Below, in pieces: positions 28,513 to 32,000 of a stretch of 32,000 nucleotides of DNA (positions within the stretch are counted from its first letter, which is position 1; each line of letters opens with the position of its first letter). The notes below the pieces were generated by a model, which searched no databases, was not told the origin of the DNA, and was given only the letters and a program-made list of their open reading frames with translations. Source of the stretch: Candidatus Nitrosopumilus koreensis AR1 (GTDB lineage Archaea; Thermoproteota; Nitrososphaeria; Nitrososphaerales; Nitrosopumilaceae); assembly GCF_000299365.1 (NCBI RefSeq), contig NC_018655.1:690001-722000 (forward strand), read 5' to 3'. A program made the position numbers and the translations under genes.

Positions 28513-29980
28513 TAAACCAAAAATGCATCTTATTGATGACAAACCAAAAGAAAATTGTGGTGTAATTGGAATCTATAGCCTTAGTGGTGCTAATGTCATT
28601 CCAATGGCAATTGATGCATTACGTGCTTTGCAACATAGGGGTCAAGAAGCGTGGGGGCTTGCAATTCCAAATAAACCTCCAATCAAAAGACTGGGTCTTG
28701 TATCTGCTGCATCCTCTGAGTTTAAAACAATTGCAGAGGAATATTCTTCTCCTTGTGTAATTGGTCATGTTCGTTATTCTACAATGGGCAGAAGTTCCTT
28801 AGAAAATGCACAACCACTCAAAGTAAAGGATCTATGTGTTGCCCATAATGGAACAATTGCAAATGTTCAAGAACTCTCCAATTTGGTAGGTGGCTGTTCT
28901 TTTACCCCTCAAAATGCAAGTGATACTCTGGTTGCTGCCCAAAGACTAGTTTCATTAATTTCTGAAAAGGGACAAATGGGAAAAGCACTGTCTGTCCTCA
29001 AAAATGAGATGGTTGGTTCTTACTGTTTTACATTTATTTCCGATGATAATTCTGTTTATGCTGCACGTGATCCAAAAGGATTCCGTCCGATGGTTTTGGG
29101 CCATAAAGAGTCTGATGATACGTACATTGTTGCATCTGAATCATCTGCAGTTTCTGCAGTTGGTGCCCAGATGCAAAGAAACGTGACTCCTGGAGAGTTG
29201 ATTCGACTAAGTAAAGACGGCATTGAAACTGAAATGTTTTCAGATGATCCTCAGCGTGCACATTGTTCTTTTGAATTTACTTACTTTGCCCATCCAACAA
29301 GTAATATGGAAGGCACTAACATCTATGTTGCAAGAAAAAATATCGGTCGATATTTGGCAAGAAAATTCCCAATCAAAGATGCTGACTTGGTTATCCCTGT
29401 ACCTGATTCTGCAAGACCAGCTGCACTAGGATATGCCCAAGAACTTGGTGTGTCTTTTGATGAAGGATTGCTTAAGGATAGATACAGCAAGAAAGGACCA
29501 TTACGCAGTTTCATCGAACCACACCAAACAGACAGAGTGGAAATTAACAGATGGATCATCCCAATTAGAGAAATCATTGATGGAAAACATGTTGTCGTAA
29601 TTGATGATAGCTTGGTAAGAGGCACAAGCTCCAAGGCAATCATCAAGGCACTGAGACGAGCTGGTGCAAGAAAAATCAGTATGGTGATTACTTATCCGCC
29701 AATCAAATTCCCATGCTATGCTGGAATAGATTTCCCATCCCAAGAAGAACTTGCAACATTCTCTAACGGAAAAGACATGTCTTCAGAAGAGACAATTGAC
29801 ATGGTACGAAAAAGCATAGGTGCAGACTTTTTGGGATACAATGATGCTGAAAATCTTGCAGCAGCAGTAGGAATAACTGCTGACTCTATGTGTTTTACAT
29901 GCTCTTCTGGAAATTATGATTCTTTGGGAATTACTCCTGAATTTAAGAGCCGCGAAGAAATCAAAGGCGAGGCGTCTTAA
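28505..29980 (+). CDS. purF: amidophosphoribosyltransferase PurF
   Basis: ENCGVIGIYSLSGANVIPMAIDALRALQHRGQEAWGLAI; RYSTMGRSSLENAQP; VVVIDDSLVRGTSSKAIIKALRRAGA; overlaps purL by 8 nt. Confidence 0.97.
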   Translation: MDDKPKMHLIDDKPKENCGVIGIYSLSGANVIPMAIDALRALQHRGQEAWGLAIPNKPPIKRLGLVSAASSEFKTIAEEYSSPCVIGHVRYSTMGRSSLENAQPLKVKDLCVAHNGTIANVQELSNLVGGCSFTPQNASDTLVAAQRLVSLISEKGQMGKALSVLKNEMVGSYCFTFISDDNSVYAARDPKGFRPMVLGHKESDDTYIVASESSAVSAVGAQMQRNVTPGELIRLSKDGIETEMFSDDPQRAHCSFEFTYFAHPTSNMEGTNIYVARKNIGRYLARKFPIKDADLVIPVPDSARPAALGYAQELGVSFDEGLLKDRYSKKGPLRSFIEPHQTDRVEINRWIIPIREIIDGKHVVVIDDSLVRGTSSKAIIKALRRAGARKISMVITYPPIKFPCYAGIDFPSQEELATFSNGKDMSSEETIDMVRKSIGADFLGYNDAENLAAAVGITADSMCFTCSSGNYDSLGITPEFKSREEIKGEAS

Positions 29981-29982
29981 TC

Positions 29983-30261
29983 ATGCAAGCAATTTGGAAT
30001 GGCGAGGTAATTGCAGAAAGTGACGATACTGTGGTGGTAGAAGGAAATCATTACTTTCCAATTGATTCTATCAAAAAGGAATATTTTGAGAAAACTGACA
30101 TGACCAGTTTTTGTGGATGGAAAGGAATGGCAAATTATTATTCTGTTACAGTTAATGGGAAAACGAACAAAGATTGTGCATGGTATTATGCAGAACCAAA
30201 TGATGCTGCCATGAAAATTAAAGGAATGGTTGCATTTTGGAATGGCGTTGAAGTAAAATAA
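29983..30261 (+). CDS. DUF427 family protein
   Basis: AIWNGEVIAESDDTVVVEGNHYFPIDSIKKEYF...CGWKGMANYYSVTVNGKTNKDCAWYYAEPNDAAMKIKGMVAFWNGVEV. Confidence 0.9.
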   Translation: MQAIWNGEVIAESDDTVVVEGNHYFPIDSIKKEYFEKTDMTSFCGWKGMANYYSVTVNGKTNKDCAWYYAEPNDAAMKIKGMVAFWNGVEVK

Positions 30262-30296
30262 TCCTACTTAATTATTAGAAAAACTATAGGGATTTT

Positions 30297-30684
30297 GTGA
30301 AACAGTATACTGCACTTCTTGGTATTGGTGTAGGTGTGATTGTAATTATTGGTGTAATTTTTGGTGCAGATTTTTTCAAGTTTTCTGTATCTACACAAGA
30401 CTATGAAATCTTTGTTGATCCACTTTTAGATGAACAAGGGATGTTTACCATGGGACGCGTCACAATCCAAAATATTGGTGCCAAGCCAATAACAAATGTC
30501 CACATCAATTTTGGTGATGGGGATACGCTAGACATTCAAACTCTAGCTGTTGGGCAAAAAAATTCTTGTCTCTCCTCCTCCTGAAAACTCGATGGAATTT
30601 GTGATGATCAGTGCTGATAATGAGATATTTGTAAACAAGGCCTACCGTGAAATGCCAAAAATGGTGGGTATGATGGGTTCTTGA
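30297..30684 (+). CDS. membrane-anchored beta-rich protein (128 aa after frame repair); N-terminal TM
   Basis: Track ORF ends at 30584. Removing one A from A7 (30556-30562) continues VGQKILVSPPPENSMEFVMISADNEIFVNKAYREMPKMVGMMGS to the TGA at 30682-30684. Span of 388 minus 1 equals 129 codons. Confidence 0.75.
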
Positions 30685-30727
30685 TCTTTGCTAGCAGTTA
30701 AATTCTGTAATAATTCAGTATTTTTGC

Positions 30728-31552
30728 TTGAAATTTCTTACCAGTGGGAAGGTAAAGGATCTTTATGATGTTGATGAAACCACTTTACTCTTCAAGTTCT
30801 CTGACCGGGTTTCAGCATATGATGTGAAATTCAAACAAGACATTCCTAGAAAAGGGGAGGTTTTGTGCAAATTTGCTGAATTTTGGTTCAATGAGTTACC
30901 TGTCCCAAATCATTTCATAAAGCGTGAGTCTGATACTGAGATACTTGTAAAGAAGATGAAGATGCTTCCAATCGAGTGTGTTGTTCGTGGTTATTTTTAT
31001 GGCAGTCTTGTAAGTAGATGGAAAAAAGGCACCGTCAAAGTACCTGAAGGAACTGATACAACTCTTGCTGCAAAACTTCTTGAGCCTATGTTTGATCCTA
31101 CCACAAAATCAGAACACGATATTCCAATTGATAAAACAAAAGCAATTGAAATGAAACTAGTCACTGAGGAACAGTATCACTGGTTGGAAAAAACTTCGAT
31201 TGAAATTTACAAAAAGATGGCAAAGATTGCAGATGATGTTGGTTTTATCTTGGCTGATTTGAAATTAGAGTTTGGAATTTTAGATGGCCAAATTACTTTG
31301 GGTGATTCTATAGGTCCTGATGAGTATCGCTTGTGGCCAAAGGACTCCTTCGAGGTGGGTAAAATCCAAGAAGCATATGACAAACAACTTTTGCGTGACT
31401 GGTTAACTGCAAACGGATATCAAAAACAATTTGATGATGCACGTGATGCTGGCCAAGAACCAGTGGCACCTGAAATTCCCTCTGAGATTATTTCAAAAAT
31501 GACAGAACGTTATGTTACTGCATATGAAAAACTCTCTGGCAAGCAACTGTGA
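30728..31552 (+). CDS. purC: phosphoribosylaminoimidazole-succinocarboxamide synthase PurC
   Basis: [54 protein letters not shown]; [14 protein letters not shown]; LADLKLEFG; [12 protein letters not shown]; TTG start. Confidence 0.95.
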   Translation: MKFLTSGKVKDLYDVDETTLLFKFSDRVSAYDVKFKQDIPRKGEVLCKFAEFWFNELPVPNHFIKRESDTEILVKKMKMLPIECVVRGYFYGSLVSRWKKGTVKVPEGTDTTLAAKLLEPMFDPTTKSEHDIPIDKTKAIEMKLVTEEQYHWLEKTSIEIYKKMAKIADDVGFILADLKLEFGILDGQITLGDSIGPDEYRLWPKDSFEVGKIQEAYDKQLLRDWLTANGYQKQFDDARDAGQEPVAPEIPSEIISKMTERYVTAYEKLSGKQL

Positions 31553-31900
31553 TTGTTGTTTTGTGTTTAATGTTGACTAGTAGCTAACTTTCAACTCGAA
31601 TTGTATTTTTGAAAATATGCAAATTTGTGTCATGATGACGTATTTTCGGACATCTCTCTCCTGGATCCTCCTTTTTTGTTATTTTACAAAAAATTTCAAA
31701 CCGTTACAATAATTCTTTATCCAATACAATATTCATTGTAGTGGTATCGTTTTTACTAGTTGCACTATGATAATTATTATAGTAATGATGATTGGATTGA
31801 TAGCGGTATAATCTTTTTGAAAATGGAAAAAAATTGATGCGATTAGACAAAAAAATATGATACAAGGATCTTTTAGATCAAAAATAAAGGTAATTTCAGC

Positions 31901-32000
31901 ATGTCTACATTATTAGAAAAACCAATCAAAGTAAATCGTATTGTTACGACAAGTATTGAACACGCACGAGCAATTGAAGACCCTGCACGCGCAAAAATTG
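31901..32000 (+). CDS. start of an ArsR/winged-helix-like transcriptional regulator, truncated by window end
   Basis: MSTLLEKPIKVNRIVTTSIEHARAIEDPARAKI... resembles the N-terminus of ArsR-type HTH proteins (AIEDPARAKI). Confidence 0.6.
   Translation, partial: MSTLLEKPIKVNRIVTTSIEHARAIEDPARAKI

Noticed and set aside
26500-29800. Many 60-107 aa antisense or alternate-frame ORFs within purL and purF
   Set aside because: They overlap strongly recognisable conserved coding frames and are explained by codon-bias shadowing.
31625-31680. Possible C/D box sRNA (ATGATGA followed by CTGG)
   Set aside because: Only one C-box-like match was seen, with no convincing D, C' and D' boxes at proper spacing.
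1-32000. CRISPR arrays, transposons, integrases, rRNA operon, defence islands
   Set aside because: No regularly spaced repeats, transposase or integrase ORFs, Cas motifs or rRNA-like sequence were seen.

Overview
The window looks like a chromosomal segment of a group I.1a ammonia-oxidising archaeon (Nitrosopumilaceae-like). This is inferred from low GC, gene complement and secreted-protein signatures such as WVKNNARWW repeats. It is mostly an ordinary core region. A purine biosynthesis set (purP, purS, purQ, purL, purF, purC) shares the right half with ubiX plus a COQ10/SRPBCC-like gene, tatA/tatC and a DUF427 gene. The left and middle parts hold an O-methyltransferase, a CBS-TrkH fusion, a bifunctional nuclease family gene, an orphan DUF5615 PIN-like gene, several winged-helix proteins and several secreted proteins (Kazal-like, YVTN propeller, tail-collar with DSFFDVF repeats, thrombospondin-type-3 repeats). 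The ORF track hides six apparent one-base reading-frame breaks at A/T tracts of 4 to 8 bases. Five can be joined with good sequence logic and one is tentative. Repairing them gives a full-length purQ, one ~1228-aa secreted metzincin-like protease with two C-terminal WVKNNARWW repeats, a coiled-coil protein with a tandemly duplicated N-terminal domain, and a complete 128-aa membrane-anchored protein. I also found features absent from the track: an unassigned structured RNA candidate with nested helices and a poly-T end (~19045-19179), a 51-aa ribbon-helix-helix-like gene, a 40-aa Cys/His zinc-finger-like mini-protein and other sub-60-aa ORFs. No CRISPR array, transposon, rRNA or tRNA was recognised.
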